DNA of 64,000 nt, from the NCBI GenBank assembly GCA_035249175.1, contig DATFGT010000015.1, positions 2,458-66,457 on the forward strand, written 5' to 3'. Origin of the DNA: Rhodanobacteraceae bacterium. Its GTDB lineage: Bacteria; Pseudomonadota; Gammaproteobacteria; Xanthomonadales; Rhodanobacteraceae. A program made the position numbers and the translations under genes. The notes under the pieces are model-generated. The model did not search any database, had not been told where the DNA came from, and saw only the letters and a program-made list of their open reading frames with translations. The stretch's first letter is position 1, and the number at the start of each line of letters is the position of its first letter. Positions 47,887-58,519 of the stretch are shown here, in pieces.

Positions 47887-50544
47887 TCATGAATCCGGGA
47901 GTTCCCCGCGCAGGCGATACAGGGTTTCCAGGGCTTCGCGTGGCGTGAGCGCATCCGGGTCGATTCCGCGCACGGCGTCGGCGAGCTTCGCCAGCCGCGG
48001 ATCGGGGCGGGCCGACGCGAAAAGGTCGGATTGGGGTGACGCTGGATTCTTCGGCTGCTGCGCCTTGGCCGTGATGCCCCGGTGACCGTCGCGTTCGAGC
48101 GTCGCCAGCGTTTGTTTCGCCTCCGCGATCACGGCTTTGGGCAATCCCGCCAGTGCGGCCACCTGCAGGCCGAAGCTGCGGTTGGCGGGCCCGTCCTTCA
48201 CCGCGTGCATGAAGATGAGTTGATCGCCTTGCCTGGCGTCGTGGTATTCGACGGCGTCCAGATGCACGTTGGCGATGCCCTCGTATTGCGGTGCGAGCTC
48301 GGTCAACTCGAAGTAGTGCGTCGCGAACAGGGTGAAGGCGCGATTCGACATGGCCAGGTGCACTGCTGCCGCACGCGCCAACGCCAAGCCATCGTACGTC
48401 GACGTGCCGCGCCCGACCTCGTCCATCAGCACCAGCGACTGCGCGGTCGCATTGTGCAGGATGTTGGCGGTTTCGCTCATCTCGACCATGAAGGTCGATT
48501 GCCCGCGTGCGAGGTCGTCGCCGGCACCTATGCGGGTGAAGATGCGGTCGATGGGCCCGATGCGTGCACCCGTGGCCGGCACGTAGCTGCCGACGTGCGC
48601 CAGCAGCACGATCAGCGCGTTCTGGCGCATGTAAGTGCTCTTGCCACCCATGTTGGGGCCCGTGATCACCAGCATCCGGCGTGAATCGTTGAGCACCAAA
48701 TCGTTCGGCTCGAACGGCTCGCTGCGCACGGCTTCCACTACGGGATGACGCCCGCGCTCGATCGCGATGCAGGCGTCGTCCACCAGTTGCGGCCGCGACC
48801 AGTTCAGCGCGTCCGCGCGTTCGGCCAGCGCAGCCAGCACGTCAAGCTCCGCCAGGGACTGCGCGGCCTGCTTCAGCGGCGCCAGTTTTTCGGTGAGCGC
48901 ATCCAGCACGCCGTCGTAAAGCGCGCGCTCGCGCATCAGCGCGCGTTCCTTGGCGGACAATACCTTGTCCTCGAACGCCTTCAGTTCTTCGGTGATGTAG
49001 CGCTCGGCGTTCTTGGTGGTCTGGCGGCGGGTGTAGTGCGCCGGCGCCTTGTCGGCCTGGGCCTTGCCGAATTCGATGTAATAGCCGTGCACGCGGTTGT
49101 AGCCGACTTTCAGCGTGGCAATGCCGGTCGTGGCACGTTCGCGGGCTTCGAGTTCGACGAGGTATTGATCCGCGTGTGTGGAAAGTTGGCGCAACTCGTC
49201 GAGTTCGGCATCGTAGCCGTCCGCGATCGCGCCGCCTTCGCGCAGCAGCGCGGGCGGACGCTCCACGATGGCGGCTTGCAGCAGGCGCACCGTGTCCTGG
49301 TGCTTGCCCAGTCGTTCTATCAGCTGATGCAACAACGGAGTTGCTTCGCGAAAAGCCCGGCCATGGACGGCCGGTTCTTGATCTTCGCGATCAGGAATGA
49401 CCGCGTGCGCAATGCCCGGTGCCGCGGCAAGGCCGTCGCGCAGCGTGGCGAGGTCGCGCGGGCGCGCCGAGCGCAACGCCACGCGCGCGAGGATGCGTTC
49501 CAGGTCGCCGATGCCGCGCAGCTTTTCGCGCAGGGCAAACAGCACGCCGGATTCGATCAGCCCCGCCAGCGACTGATGGCGCAAACGCAAGGTTGCGTGA
49601 TCGCGCAATGGGCGGTGTAGCCAGCGCCTGAGCGCGCGCGCACCCATCGGGGTGACCGTGGAATCCAGCACACCGAGCAATGTGTAGCGGACGTCGCCCG
49701 AGGGGTGCGTGTCGAGTTCAAGGTTGCGGCGGGTAGCGGCGTCCATCGCCACCGTTTCGTCGGCCGATTCGACCGCGAGGCCGGTCAGGTGCGGCAGCGC
49801 GGCCTTCTGGGTTTCCTGCAGGTAGCCGAGCAGGCAACCCGCCGCCGCGACGGCCAACGGCACACCGTCGGCGCCGAAACCCGAAAGGTCGCGCGTGCCG
49901 AAGAAGCGCGTCAGTTCGCGTCGCGCGCTGGTTTCATCGAAATGCCAGGGCGGACGCTTGCGCAGGCCGTTCAATGCTGACACCGCCGTTGGCCACGCCA
50001 CGTCTTCGCATATCAGGGTTTCGGCAGGCGCGAGCCGCGCGAGTTCCGCGGCCAACGCGTCGGCGTCTGTCACCTCGCACAGAAGAAAGCGTCCGCCGGC
50101 CAAGTCGACCCATGCCAACCCGAACCCGGACTGTCCCGCCGCGATTGCCAGCAGCAGGTTGTCGCGGCGTTCCGGCAACAGCGCCTCGTCGGTGAGGGTG
50201 CCAGGCGTGACCACGCGCACCACCTTGCGTTCCATCGGACCCTTGCCGTTCGGATCGCCGATCTGTTCGCAGATCGCGGCGGACTCGCCCGCGCGCACCA
50301 GCTTTGCAAGGTACGACTCCACCGCGTGGTACGGCACGCCCGCCATCGGAATCGGTGCGCCGGCCGATTCGCCGCGCTGGGTCAGGGTGATGTCCAGCAG
50401 CCGCGCAGCCTTGCGCGCATCGTCGTAGAACAGCTCGTAGAAGTCGCCCATCCGGAACAGCAGCAAGGTGTCCGGGTACTCGGCCTTGGCGGCGAAGTAC
50501 TGGCGCATCAAAGGCGTGTGGCGGGCGAGGTCGGCCTGGTCCAT
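47887..50544 (-). CDS. mutS: DNA mismatch repair protein MutS
   Basis: 885 aa from ATG 50544, with [31 protein letters not shown], Walker [14 protein letters not shown] and STFMVEM. Confidence 0.97.
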   Translation of the reverse strand: MDQADLARHTPLMRQYFAAKAEYPDTLLLFRMGDFYELFYDDARKAARLLDITLTQRGESAGAPIPMAGVPYHAVESYLAKLVRAGESAAICEQIGDPNGKGPMERKVVRVVTPGTLTDEALLPERRDNLLLAIAAGQSGFGLAWVDLAGGRFLLCEVTDADALAAELARLAPAETLICEDVAWPTAVSALNGLRKRPPWHFDETSARRELTRFFGTRDLSGFGADGVPLAVAAAGCLLGYLQETQKAALPHLTGLAVESADETVAMDAATRRNLELDTHPSGDVRYTLLGVLDSTVTPMGARALRRWLHRPLRDHATLRLRHQSLAGLIESGVLFALREKLRGIGDLERILARVALRSARPRDLATLRDGLAAAPGIAHAVIPDREDQEPAVHGRAFREATPLLHQLIERLGKHQDTVRLLQAAIVERPPALLREGGAIADGYDAELDELRQLSTHADQYLVELEARERATTGIATLKVGYNRVHGYYIEFGKAQADKAPAHYTRRQTTKNAERYITEELKAFEDKVLSAKERALMRERALYDGVLDALTEKLAPLKQAAQSLAELDVLAALAERADALNWSRPQLVDDACIAIERGRHPVVEAVRSEPFEPNDLVLNDSRRMLVITGPNMGGKSTYMRQNALIVLLAHVGSYVPATGARIGPIDRIFTRIGAGDDLARGQSTFMVEMSETANILHNATAQSLVLMDEVGRGTSTYDGLALARAAAVHLAMSNRAFTLFATHYFELTELAPQYEGIANVHLDAVEYHDARQGDQLIFMHAVKDGPANRSFGLQVAALAGLPKAVIAEAKQTLATLERDGHRGITAKAQQPKNPASPQSDLFASARPDPRLAKLADAVRGIDPDALTPREALETLYRLRGELPDS

Positions 50545-50757
50545 CTCGGGTGCGGCGGGTGCGGGCAGGCGCGCAGTGTCGCATGCGCGACCGTAAGGCC
50601 CAAGCGTTCCCACGCTTTCAGCAATGCCTGAATTTGGGCCCCGTTCGTTCTGAAGTATAGGCCCGGAGGGCCGAAGTCTAAGGACACAGGATTTTGCGCT
50701 TCGACTTCGCGTGCTTGCGCAAGCTACGCTCAGCGCGAACGGATAACGGGTGCCACA

Positions 50758-50775
50758 CTGTCATGAGACTGTCAC
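50758..50775 (+). promoter_or_regulatory. Pho box upstream of phoB
   Basis: CTGTCAT-gaga-CTGTCAC, two 7-nt direct repeats 11 bp apart. A -10-like caATAAT follows ~12 nt downstream, ~30 nt before the phoB ATG. It matches the consensus CTGTCAT-AWAW-CTGTMAY. Confidence 0.75.
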
Positions 50776-50823
50776 GTTGCGACGCTGCAATAATCCGGTC
50801 ACGGGACTGCCAAGAACCCCCGC

Positions 50824-51513
50824 ATGCACAAGCGTGTACTGATCGTCGAAGACGAAGCTTCCATTCGCGACATGGTGGCTTTCGCGCTGCGCAAGGCCGA
50901 CATGGAGGCGATCCATGCCGCCGACGCGCGCGCGGCGCTGGTCGCGATCAGCGACACGCCGCCGGACCTGATCCTGCTGGACTGGATGCTGCCCGGCATG
51001 ACCGGGCTGGAACTGGCGCGTCGCTTGCGCAGCGAGGAACGCACCTCCGAGGTGCCGATCATCATGCTGACCGCGCGCGGCGAGGAAATGGATCGCGTCA
51101 GCGGCCTCGAGGCCGGTGTCGATGATTACGTGGTCAAACCATTCTCGACACGCGAGCTGATCGCCCGAATCAAGGCGGTGCTGCGGCGCGTCCAGACCGA
51201 TGGCGGCACAGGATCGATCGAAAGCGGCGGCTTGCGGATCGACGGCCCCGCGCACCGAGTGTATGCGGGTGACGCACAGATCGAAATCGGCCCTACCGAA
51301 TATCGGCTGCTGCACTTTTTCATGAGCCACCCCGAGCGCGCCTATTCGCGCGCGCAACTGCTGGACCAGGTCTGGGGTGGCAGTGTGTACGTCGAGGAAC
51401 GCACGGTGGACGTGCATATCCGGCGCCTGCGCAAAACGCTGGAACCGTTCGGGCTGGATGCACTGATCCAGACCGTGCGTGGCACGGGTTATCGATTCTC
51501 CACCCAACCATGA
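50824..51513 (+). CDS. phoB: Phosphate regulon response regulator PhoB
   Basis: 229 aa, KRVLIVEDEASIRDMVAFAL...LILLDWMLPGMTGLEL...DDYVVKPFSTRELIARIKAVLRR, with a winged-helix C-terminus VRGTGYRFS. Confidence 0.93.
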   Translation: MHKRVLIVEDEASIRDMVAFALRKADMEAIHAADARAALVAISDTPPDLILLDWMLPGMTGLELARRLRSEERTSEVPIIMLTARGEEMDRVSGLEAGVDDYVVKPFSTRELIARIKAVLRRVQTDGGTGSIESGGLRIDGPAHRVYAGDAQIEIGPTEYRLLHFFMSHPERAYSRAQLLDQVWGGSVYVEERTVDVHIRRLRKTLEPFGLDALIQTVRGTGYRFSTQP

Positions 51514-52553
51514 ATACCGATCGCGCACGCGCGCGTCGCCTTGCGACGCAATTGCGTGACCTGCGTACGGTTGCATGCGCCTTGTCCGACGCGCTGGTGC
51601 TGCTGGATTCGGATGGGTGCATGCGCTGGTGCAATCCCGCGGCGGGGCAATTGCTCGGCATCGTGTGGCCGCGCGATCGTGGTCTGGCGGTGGCCGAACG
51701 CTTCGGGGACGGTGAGGCGGGTACGTGGCTGCGGACCGGGCAGGGCGATGCCGACGACATCGCCTCTCCCGTCGACCCCACCGTCCGCCTGCAGCTGTCG
51801 TTGATTCCCTACGGCGATCACCGTCGCCAGTTGATCGCGCGCGACATCAGCCGGGTCACGCGGCTGGAGCAGGTGCGCCGCGATTTCGTGGCCAACGTGT
51901 CGCACGAACTGCGTACGCCACTGACGGTGATCCATGGTTACCTGGAATTGCTCGATCCGGAGGACGTGCCGACGCTGGCGCCGGTGCTGAACGAGATGCG
52001 CGCACAGTCGCAGCGGATGCGCCAGATCGTCGAAGATTTGCTGGAGCTGTCGCGGCTGGAAATGCAGCAGCACCTCGTCGAGGAACGCGTGGAAATGACG
52101 CCGATGCTGGAGACGCTGCGCCGGGAAGCCGAAGTGCTGAGCCAAGGCAAACATCGCGTTGCGGTCGAAGATGCAGGCCATGTCGATCTGCTGGGTTCGT
52201 CCAAGGATCTGCATAGCGCGTTTTCCAATCTGGTCAGCAACGCGGTGCGCTACACGCCCGACGGCGGCACCATCACGATCCATTGGCGACGTACGCCGGC
52301 CGGTGCCGAATACTCGGTGATCGACACGGGTTACGGTATTCCGGCCGAACACCTGTCACGGCTCACCGAACGTTTCTACCGCGTTTCCTCAAGCCGCTCG
52401 CGCGCGACCGGTGGCACCGGGCTCGGGCTTTCCATCGTGAAGCACGTGTTGAACCTGCACGACGCGCAGTTGCGAATCGAAAGCGAATCCGGTAAGGGTT
52501 CGACATTCAAGTGTGTGTTCGGGAAGGCACGGTTATTGGAGCCTGATGCATAG
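51510..52553 (+). CDS. phoR: Phosphate regulon sensor kinase PhoR, short form without N-terminal transmembrane segments
   Basis: 347 aa. The start ATGA overlaps the phoB stop. A PAS-like segment is followed by H-box RRDFVANVSHELRTPLTVIHGY, N-box FSNLVSNAVRYTP and G-box GGTGLGLSIVKH. No hydrophobic stretch precedes the PAS. Confidence 0.85.
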   Translation: MNTDRARARRLATQLRDLRTVACALSDALVLLDSDGCMRWCNPAAGQLLGIVWPRDRGLAVAERFGDGEAGTWLRTGQGDADDIASPVDPTVRLQLSLIPYGDHRRQLIARDISRVTRLEQVRRDFVANVSHELRTPLTVIHGYLELLDPEDVPTLAPVLNEMRAQSQRMRQIVEDLLELSRLEMQQHLVEERVEMTPMLETLRREAEVLSQGKHRVAVEDAGHVDLLGSSKDLHSAFSNLVSNAVRYTPDGGTITIHWRRTPAGAEYSVIDTGYGIPAEHLSRLTERFYRVSSSRSRATGGTGLGLSIVKHVLNLHDAQLRIESESGKGSTFKCVFGKARLLEPDA

Positions 52554-52631
52554 CCCGTTTCGCGACGGTCGTGTGGCGGATCCGCGGCAAGGCAGGGGAC
52601 GCGGATGGTTTCAATCCGCGGTCAGATAGGC

Positions 52632-53015
52632 ATGAAAGCTGCGTCGCTGAGGAAATGGGCAAAGGGCCTCAAGCAACAGACCCTGGTGGTCTACTTTGCG
52701 GCGCGTGATCCTCGTACGCCATGGTTCGTCCGGCTCCTCGCCCTGGCAGTGGCGGCCTATGCACTGAGTCCCATTGATCTCATCCCCGACTTCATCCCGG
52801 TGTTGGGCTACCTGGACGACCTGATCCTGGTCCCGCTCGGCCTTGCACTGGTCATCCATCTCGCTCCCGCCGATGTCATGGCCTCTGCGAGAGAGCAGGC
52901 TCTGGCGGCTTCTGAAAAACCAACAAGTCGCGGCGTGGCCGTAGTCATCATTACCGTATGGATGTTGGGCCTTGGCTGGCTCGGATGGTGGGCGTTCCGC
53001 AAGCTGCACACCTGA
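52632..53015 (+). CDS. DUF1232 (YkvA-like) membrane protein
   Basis: 127 aa, YFAARDPRTPWFVRLLALAVAAYALSPIDLIPDFIPVLGYLDDLILVPL. Confidence 0.8.
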   Translation: MKAASLRKWAKGLKQQTLVVYFAARDPRTPWFVRLLALAVAAYALSPIDLIPDFIPVLGYLDDLILVPLGLALVIHLAPADVMASAREQALAASEKPTSRGVAVVIITVWMLGLGWLGWWAFRKLHT

Positions 53016-53118
53016 ACCTCCACGGGAGCGCGCCGGCTCTGCCCGGGCGGCTTGCCAATTCAATCATGGGCTGAGGCGTCCGTCCTTGTTTGGAACCGCC
53101 GTTTCGCTGCGGGCCGGC

Positions 53119-54270
53119 TCACGTGCTCAGGATCGGCGTAGGACAGGTGCTCGCTTCGGCTCCTTCATCCCGCGCGTCGCGCCACTCCCAGCGCAATTCG
53201 GAAATCAGGTCGGAATTGCCGTGCCGATGAGGAAAGATGATCGCCCGGCGTGGGCTGATGCGCAAATCCATGCCGGGGCGCAGGCCGAGCGATGCGAGCT
53301 CTTCGCTGGCGATGTCGGCTTCGAGCGAGTGGTCCAGGGACGCGACGTGCAGGTCCAGGTGGGTCACGCTGCCGGCGAGATAGATGTGTCGCAAGCGCGC
53401 GTTCCATGCCGGCCGCGTTTCGTCGTGCTCCACGCACAGGTGCTCGGGCCGGATGTAGGCCATCGCGGCCGCATATCCGTCCGCCCATGGCGGCTTGGGC
53501 AATGACCACTCGGAAGCCGCGAGGCGACCGTGTCTGTAGAGGAGCGGTACCTTGCTCACCTTGCCGATGAACTCGCAGACGAACGGCGTGGCCGGATGCT
53601 GGTAGAGCGCTTCCGGCGTATCCACCTGCTCGATGCGGCCCTTGTTCATCACCGCGATCCGGTCGGCAAGTTCCAGCGCTTCTTCCTGGTCATGGGTGAC
53701 GAAGATCGTGGTCAATCTCGACTCGTCGTGCAGCTCGCGCAGCCAGCGCCGCAGGGTTACGCGCACTTGCGCGTCCAGCGCACCGAACGGCTCGTCCAGC
53801 AGCAACAGGCCGGGCTCGACCGCCAGCGCGCGCGCCAGTGCCACGCGCTGGCGCTGGCCACCGGAGAGTTGCGCGGGATAGCGGTCGCCGTGTTCTTCCA
53901 GTTGCACGCGCCGCAGCAGTTGCCGCACGCGTTCGGTGATTTCGCGCCGCCTGGGCCGTTTGCGCCACGGCCGCACGCGCAGGCCGAAGGCGATGTTTTC
54001 GCGCACGGAAAGATGACGGAACAGCGCATAGTGCTGGAACACCAGCCCGACGTTGCGCTTGCGCGCCGGCGCGGCGAGAAAGTCCGTGCCTTCGTGTTCG
54101 ACGCTGCCGCCGTCGGGATAGTCCAGCCCGGCAAGGATCCGCAGCAACGTGGTCTTGCCGGAACCGGAAGGGCCGAGCAGCGCGACGAATTCGTCCGGCG
54201 CGATACTCAGGCTCACGTGATCCAGCGCGGCAAAACCGGTGAAGCGGCGGGTCAGGTTGCTGATCTGCAT
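53119..54270 (-). CDS. cysA: Sulfate/thiosulfate ABC transporter ATP-binding protein CysA
   Basis: 383 aa from ATG 54270 ([10 protein letters not shown]), with Walker [10 protein letters not shown], signature [15 protein letters not shown] and Walker [13 protein letters not shown]. The upstream part of the track ORF overlaps cysW and was discarded. Confidence 0.92.
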   Translation of the reverse strand: MQISNLTRRFTGFAALDHVSLSIAPDEFVALLGPSGSGKTTLLRILAGLDYPDGGSVEHEGTDFLAAPARKRNVGLVFQHYALFRHLSVRENIAFGLRVRPWRKRPRRREITERVRQLLRRVQLEEHGDRYPAQLSGGQRQRVALARALAVEPGLLLLDEPFGALDAQVRVTLRRWLRELHDESRLTTIFVTHDQEEALELADRIAVMNKGRIEQVDTPEALYQHPATPFVCEFIGKVSKVPLLYRHGRLAASEWSLPKPPWADGYAAAMAYIRPEHLCVEHDETRPAWNARLRHIYLAGSVTHLDLHVASLDHSLEADIASEELASLGLRPGMDLRISPRRAIIFPHRHGNSDLISELRWEWRDARDEGAEASTCPTPILST

Positions 54271-54280
54271 GGGTGAGCCC

Positions 54281-55144
54281 TCAATGTCCGCCGGGTGCGT
54301 GCGCGGCCAGCGCATCCGCGTAGCGCCACTCCAGCAGACTCTTGATCGCGAGCGTGACCAGCGCGAGCAGGGCCAGCAGGGAGGCGACCGCAAATGCCCC
54401 GACGTAGTCGTATTCGTTGTAGCGCATCTCCACTTCCAGCGGCATCGTGGTGGTGAGGCCGCGGATGTGGCCGGACACGACGGAGACGGCGCCGAATTCG
54501 CCCATGGCACGCGCGTTGCACAACAGCACGCCGTACAGCAGCGCCCAGCGGATGTTCGGCAGCGTCACCCGGAAAAACATCTGCCAGCCGCTCGCGCCCA
54601 GCACGCGCGCGGCTTCGTCTTCCTCGGCGCCCTGCGATTGCATCAGCGGAATCAATTCGCGGGCCACGAACGGCAGCGTCACGAACACAGTCGCCAGCAC
54701 CAGGCCGGGCATGGCGAAGACGATCCTGATGCCGTGCGCTTCGAGCCACGGGCCGAACCAGCCCTGCGCGCCGAACATCAGCACGTAGATCAGACCGGAA
54801 ATCACCGGCGACACCGAAAAGGGGATGTCGATGATCGTGCCCAGCAGCGCCTTGCCGGCGAACTGGAAACGCGCCATCAGCCAGGCGGCGGTCACTCCGA
54901 ACACCAGGTTCAACGGTACCGCGATGCCGGCCACGAGCAGGGTCAGCAGGATCGCGGCGCGCGCTTCCGGCTGGGCGATGCTGGCGAGATACGCCGCAAC
55001 ACCCTGCCGCAAACCTTCCGCGAACACGACTGCGAGCGGGAACAGCAGGAAAACCAGCAGGAATGCCATGGCGACCAGCACCAATGCCGCGTGCACCATG
55101 CGTCGCGGTCGTGCGCCCGGGCGCGAGAGCGCGATCGTGTTCAT
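54281..55144 (-). CDS. cysW: Sulfate ABC transporter permease CysW
   Basis: 287 aa from ATG 55144 (MNTIALSRP), with the EAA-loop region [32 protein letters not shown]. The start overlaps the cysT stop (ATGA). Confidence 0.92.
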   Translation of the reverse strand: MNTIALSRPGARPRRMVHAALVLVAMAFLLVFLLFPLAVVFAEGLRQGVAAYLASIAQPEARAAILLTLLVAGIAVPLNLVFGVTAAWLMARFQFAGKALLGTIIDIPFSVSPVISGLIYVLMFGAQGWFGPWLEAHGIRIVFAMPGLVLATVFVTLPFVARELIPLMQSQGAEEDEAARVLGASGWQMFFRVTLPNIRWALLYGVLLCNARAMGEFGAVSVVSGHIRGLTTTMPLEVEMRYNEYDYVGAFAVASLLALLALVTLAIKSLLEWRYADALAAHAPGGH

Positions 55145-55965
55145 GCGGGTGCCTCTGCCCAGCGCCCGCTCCAACGCTGCAGGTACGAGATCAGGATCAG
55201 CAGCACAAACGAGAACGCCAGCATGATCACGGCCAGCGCGGCCGCGCCCGCGTAGTCGAACTGCTCCAGCTTCTGCACAATCAGCAGCGGTGCGATTTCC
55301 GAACGCATCGGGATATTGCCGGCGATGAAGATCACCGAGCCGTACTCGCCAGCCGCGCGCGCGAGCGCCAGCGCGAAGCCGGTCAGGAGGGCGGGCGCGA
55401 GCATCGGGAGCAGCACGCGGGTGAAGGTCTGCCACCGCCGCGCACCGAGGCTTTCGGCGGCTTCCTCGATCTCGCGGTCGAGATTTTCCAGCACCGGCTG
55501 CAGCGTGCGCACCACGAACGGGAATCCGACGAACGCCATCGCGATCAGCACGCCCTGCGGCGCGTAGGCGATCCGGATATCCACGAGCGCGAACCAGCGG
55601 CCCAGCCAGCCGTTGGGTGCATACAGTGCGGTGAGTGCGATACCCGCCACCGCCGTGGGCATCGCGAATGGAAGATCGATGAATGCGTCCAGCAGTCGCC
55701 GTCCCGGGAAGCGGTAGCGCACCAGCACCCAGGCGACCAGCAATCCAGCCGCCGCGTCCAGCAGCGCGGCAAGCAGCGCCCCGCCGAATGACAATTTCAG
55801 GGCGGCGATCACACGCGGCGACGAAAGCAGGTGCAGCCATGCCTGGCCGCCCGCGCCGCTCGCCTTCCACGCCAGCGCGGCGAGCGGCAGCAGCACGATC
55901 AGCCCCAGATAGCTCAGCGTCAATCCGAGGCTCAATCCGAAACCAGGCAGAACGCGTCGGCGCAT
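55141..55965 (-). CDS. cysT: Sulfate ABC transporter permease CysT
   Basis: 274 aa, [24 protein letters not shown]...[23 protein letters not shown]. Confidence 0.92.
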   Translation of the reverse strand: MRRRVLPGFGLSLGLTLSYLGLIVLLPLAALAWKASGAGGQAWLHLLSSPRVIAALKLSFGGALLAALLDAAAGLLVAWVLVRYRFPGRRLLDAFIDLPFAMPTAVAGIALTALYAPNGWLGRWFALVDIRIAYAPQGVLIAMAFVGFPFVVRTLQPVLENLDREIEEAAESLGARRWQTFTRVLLPMLAPALLTGFALALARAAGEYGSVIFIAGNIPMRSEIAPLLIVQKLEQFDYAGAAALAVIMLAFSFVLLILISYLQRWSGRWAEAPA

Positions 55966-55968
55966 GGC

Positions 55969-56967
55969 TCAACCGCCCGGCCCGATCTGGTCGAAGACGC
56001 CGCCGTCGGTGAAGAATTTCGCCTGCACCTGGCGCCAGTCGCCGAACATTTCCCGGATGGTGAAGGTCTTCACCTTGGGAAATTGCGCCGCGTATTTCGC
56101 CATCACCTGCGGCGAGCGCGGGCGGTAGAAATGCTTCGCTTCCAGTTCCTGTCCCTGCGGCGAATACAGGAATTTCAGGTACGCCTCGGCGACCGCGCGC
56201 GTGTGGTGCTTGTCCACGTTCGCGTCGATCACGGCGACGGGGGGTTCCGCGACGATACTGAGCGACGGCACCATGATCTCGAAGCTGCCTTTGCCCAGTT
56301 CGCGCTGGGCCAGCAATGCTTCGTTCTCCCACGCCAGCAGCACGTCGCCCATCCCGCGCTGCACGAACGTGTTGGTCGCGCCGCGCGCGCCGGTGTCCAG
56401 CACCGGAACGTGCTGGTACAGCGCCTTGACGAACGCGCGCGCCTTCGCCTCGTTGCCGCCGGGCTGCTTCAAGGCATAACCCCAGGCGGCGAGAAAATTC
56501 CAGCGCGCGCCACCGGAGGTCTTCGGGTTAGGCGTGATCACCTGCACGCCGGGGCGGATCAGGTCGGCCCAGTCCCTGATCTTCTTCGGATTGCCCTTGC
56601 GTACGAGAAAAACGATCGTCGAAGTGCAGGGCGCGGAATTGTCCGGCAAGCGCTGTTGCCAGTTCTTCGCGATCAGGCCGCGATCGGCCAGCGTGTCCAG
56701 GTCATAAGCGAGCGCGAGCGTGGCTACGTCGCCCGGCAAGCCGTCGGCGATCGCGCGCGCCTGCTTGCCGGAGCCGTCGTGAGACATCCGGATCGTGACC
56801 GTGTCGCCGTGTTGCGCTTTCCATTGCGCGGCGAACGCCGCATTGACGTCGCGATAGAGCTCGCGTGTCGGATCGTAGGAGACGTTGAGCAAGGTCACGC
56901 CGCTTGCCGTGGCGAGCAACGGCGCAACGAGGGAGAAGCAGGCGAACAGCAGCGCGATGCGTTTCAT
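55969..56967 (-). CDS. sbp: Periplasmic sulfate-binding protein
   Basis: 332 aa with a signal peptide. [46 protein letters not shown] and [13 protein letters not shown] are near-identical in pattern to E. coli Sbp. Confidence 0.95.
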   Translation of the reverse strand: MKRIALLFACFSLVAPLLATASGVTLLNVSYDPTRELYRDVNAAFAAQWKAQHGDTVTIRMSHDGSGKQARAIADGLPGDVATLALAYDLDTLADRGLIAKNWQQRLPDNSAPCTSTIVFLVRKGNPKKIRDWADLIRPGVQVITPNPKTSGGARWNFLAAWGYALKQPGGNEAKARAFVKALYQHVPVLDTGARGATNTFVQRGMGDVLLAWENEALLAQRELGKGSFEIMVPSLSIVAEPPVAVIDANVDKHHTRAVAEAYLKFLYSPQGQELEAKHFYRPRSPQVMAKYAAQFPKVKTFTIREMFGDWRQVQAKFFTDGGVFDQIGPGG

Positions 56968-57201
56968 GGTGACATCCCTGCATCACGAAGTGGAAAGGCC
57001 CGCTTGATGCGCGCTGCATGATTGCAGCCGGCAATCAGGGCCTCAGAACTCCTGAAAACTACTCCAGCATGGCGAGAGTTAAGGACGCGCTAGGGATTCG
57101 TTCCCCCGGTAATGCGGATGCGATGTTCCACGAATCACGCTTTCCGGCGGCGCCGGCAAAGGCGCCGGGCGATTCGGGTGACGTTAACCGCTGGGCACCA
57201 A

Positions 57202-58401
57202 TCAGAATTTCACCTCGCCCCACGCGCCGAACTCGCGGGATCGGGTGTTGGTCTTGCTGTCGTCCTTCAGAAGCTCGTGCTTGTACGCGAGCGCCATGCG
57301 CACGCCTTCCGTCACGGGGAAGGCAACACCGAAGTTGTAATAGGTGTCTTGCAGGCTTGGGCTGATATCCCTGCTGGGCCGGACCCGGTCGTAACGCGCG
57401 AAGATCGAAGCCGGACCGAAGTCGTAGCTGCTCCACAGCGACCAGCCGTCGGCCGTGTCGGTTGCCGGCGTCAGCACGTTGTTCCAGTTGCTGGCACGGA
57501 AATATTCGCCGCCGAGCCGGAGCCCACCTCCGCGGTAGGCAATCATCGCGTCATAGCGATGCGCGTCATGGAGCGCCGGCGTGTTGTGCGTATTCTTGCC
57601 GAGATCGCCGCTGTAACCCCCGACGCCGATCATCACGCTCTTGATCGGCTGGAAGCCGACACGGCCCTCGAAGTCCACGCTGTCGGAGCGGGTTGGATTC
57701 TTGTAACCACCGCCGTTGATCATGGACGCCTGGTAGTTGAACATGCCGCTGTCGCCGAGCAGGTGTACGCCCCAATCCGCCGAGCTGCCGAACTTGGTTC
57801 GATCCACGACGGTGCTCTCGACGAAGCGGTAGCCGTACCAGTCTTCCACGAACGGAATCCATGCCATGCCGGCCGACCCGACCCGTAGCGTAGTGAGTTT
57901 CGAGAATGTGCCCTGGAGATAGGCCTTCTTGACGAACAACTGGGTCTCGCCATCCACACTGCTGTAGTTGAAATCGGTCGTCAGGTTGGCCGACCAAATA
58001 TCGTTGAAGGTGTGGTCTACCGTGAGGTAGAAACGCTTCACGTCCAGCCCGGGGCCGGAGGCGTCGGTCTTCGCGCCATTTTTGGTCTGGTCGATGTTGG
58101 TGAAATCCATGAATGCCGTGCCGCCTACTCTTGTGTTGCTGGCCCAGGCGTCGGGCGCGGGTTGCGCAGGCTTGGCCTGCTGCTGATTCATCGCCCCTAT
58201 GTTCTGCTGCGTGCTGATATCGCCTGGCTGCCCGTGCGAGCGCCGCTCCAACTCGTTCACTTTCGCTTGCAACACCGCGAGCTGCTGCTTCAGTTGTGCG
58301 ATTTCGGCAGCCTCATTCGATTGCGCCAAGGCGGGCGTCGTCAGGGTGACCCCGCTGCCCAATACGAGCGCGACGGCTACGGCGAGAACTCTGGATTTCA
58401 T
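57202..58401 (-). CDS. Outer-membrane porin, probably phosphate-selective OprO/OprP family, with N-terminal coiled coil
   Basis: 399 aa. A signal peptide ending ALAQS is followed by a heptad segment AEIAQLKQQLAVLQAKVNELERR. The rest is beta-rich and ends in the aromatic terminus GAWGEVKF. Phased Pho boxes lie upstream. The family call rests on architecture plus Pho boxes, not on a search. Confidence 0.6.
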   Translation of the reverse strand: MKSRVLAVAVALVLGSGVTLTTPALAQSNEAAEIAQLKQQLAVLQAKVNELERRSHGQPGDISTQQNIGAMNQQQAKPAQPAPDAWASNTRVGGTAFMDFTNIDQTKNGAKTDASGPGLDVKRFYLTVDHTFNDIWSANLTTDFNYSSVDGETQLFVKKAYLQGTFSKLTTLRVGSAGMAWIPFVEDWYGYRFVESTVVDRTKFGSSADWGVHLLGDSGMFNYQASMINGGGYKNPTRSDSVDFEGRVGFQPIKSVMIGVGGYSGDLGKNTHNTPALHDAHRYDAMIAYRGGGLRLGGEYFRASNWNNVLTPATDTADGWSLWSSYDFGPASIFARYDRVRPSRDISPSLQDTYYNFGVAFPVTEGVRMALAYKHELLKDDSKTNTRSREFGAWGEVKF

Positions 58402-58486
58402 GGTGATCTCCGCTGCGGTTGAGGTGCGCCCCGAAAAAAGTCATGGTCGGGGCTGCGCCAAGGTGCGAGGCGTTGGTTGCACAGGG

Positions 58487-58515
58487 ATACACGTTGGATG
58501 ACAGAACGAAGACAG
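58487..58515 (-). promoter_or_regulatory. Phased Pho-box half-sites upstream of the porin gene
   Basis: Read on the minus strand: CTGTCTT-cgtt-CTGTCAT-ccaa-CGTGTAT, three 7-mers at exact 11-bp phasing, 86-114 nt upstream of the porin ATG. Confidence 0.65.
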
Positions 58516-58519
58516 CAGG

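Noticed and set aside
54281-56332. 683-aa ORF suggesting a giant CysW
   Set aside because: Only the C-terminal 287 aa (from ATG 55144) match CysW. The N-terminal part overlaps cysT and sbp in another frame and is Arg/Ala/Gly-rich nonsense.
55969-58401. Idea that the porin is a sulfate-specific channel co-transcribed with sbp-cysTWA
   Set aside because: A 235-bp gap separates them, and the porin promoter carries phased Pho-box half-sites. A phosphate-regulated OprO/P-type porin is the better-supported reading.
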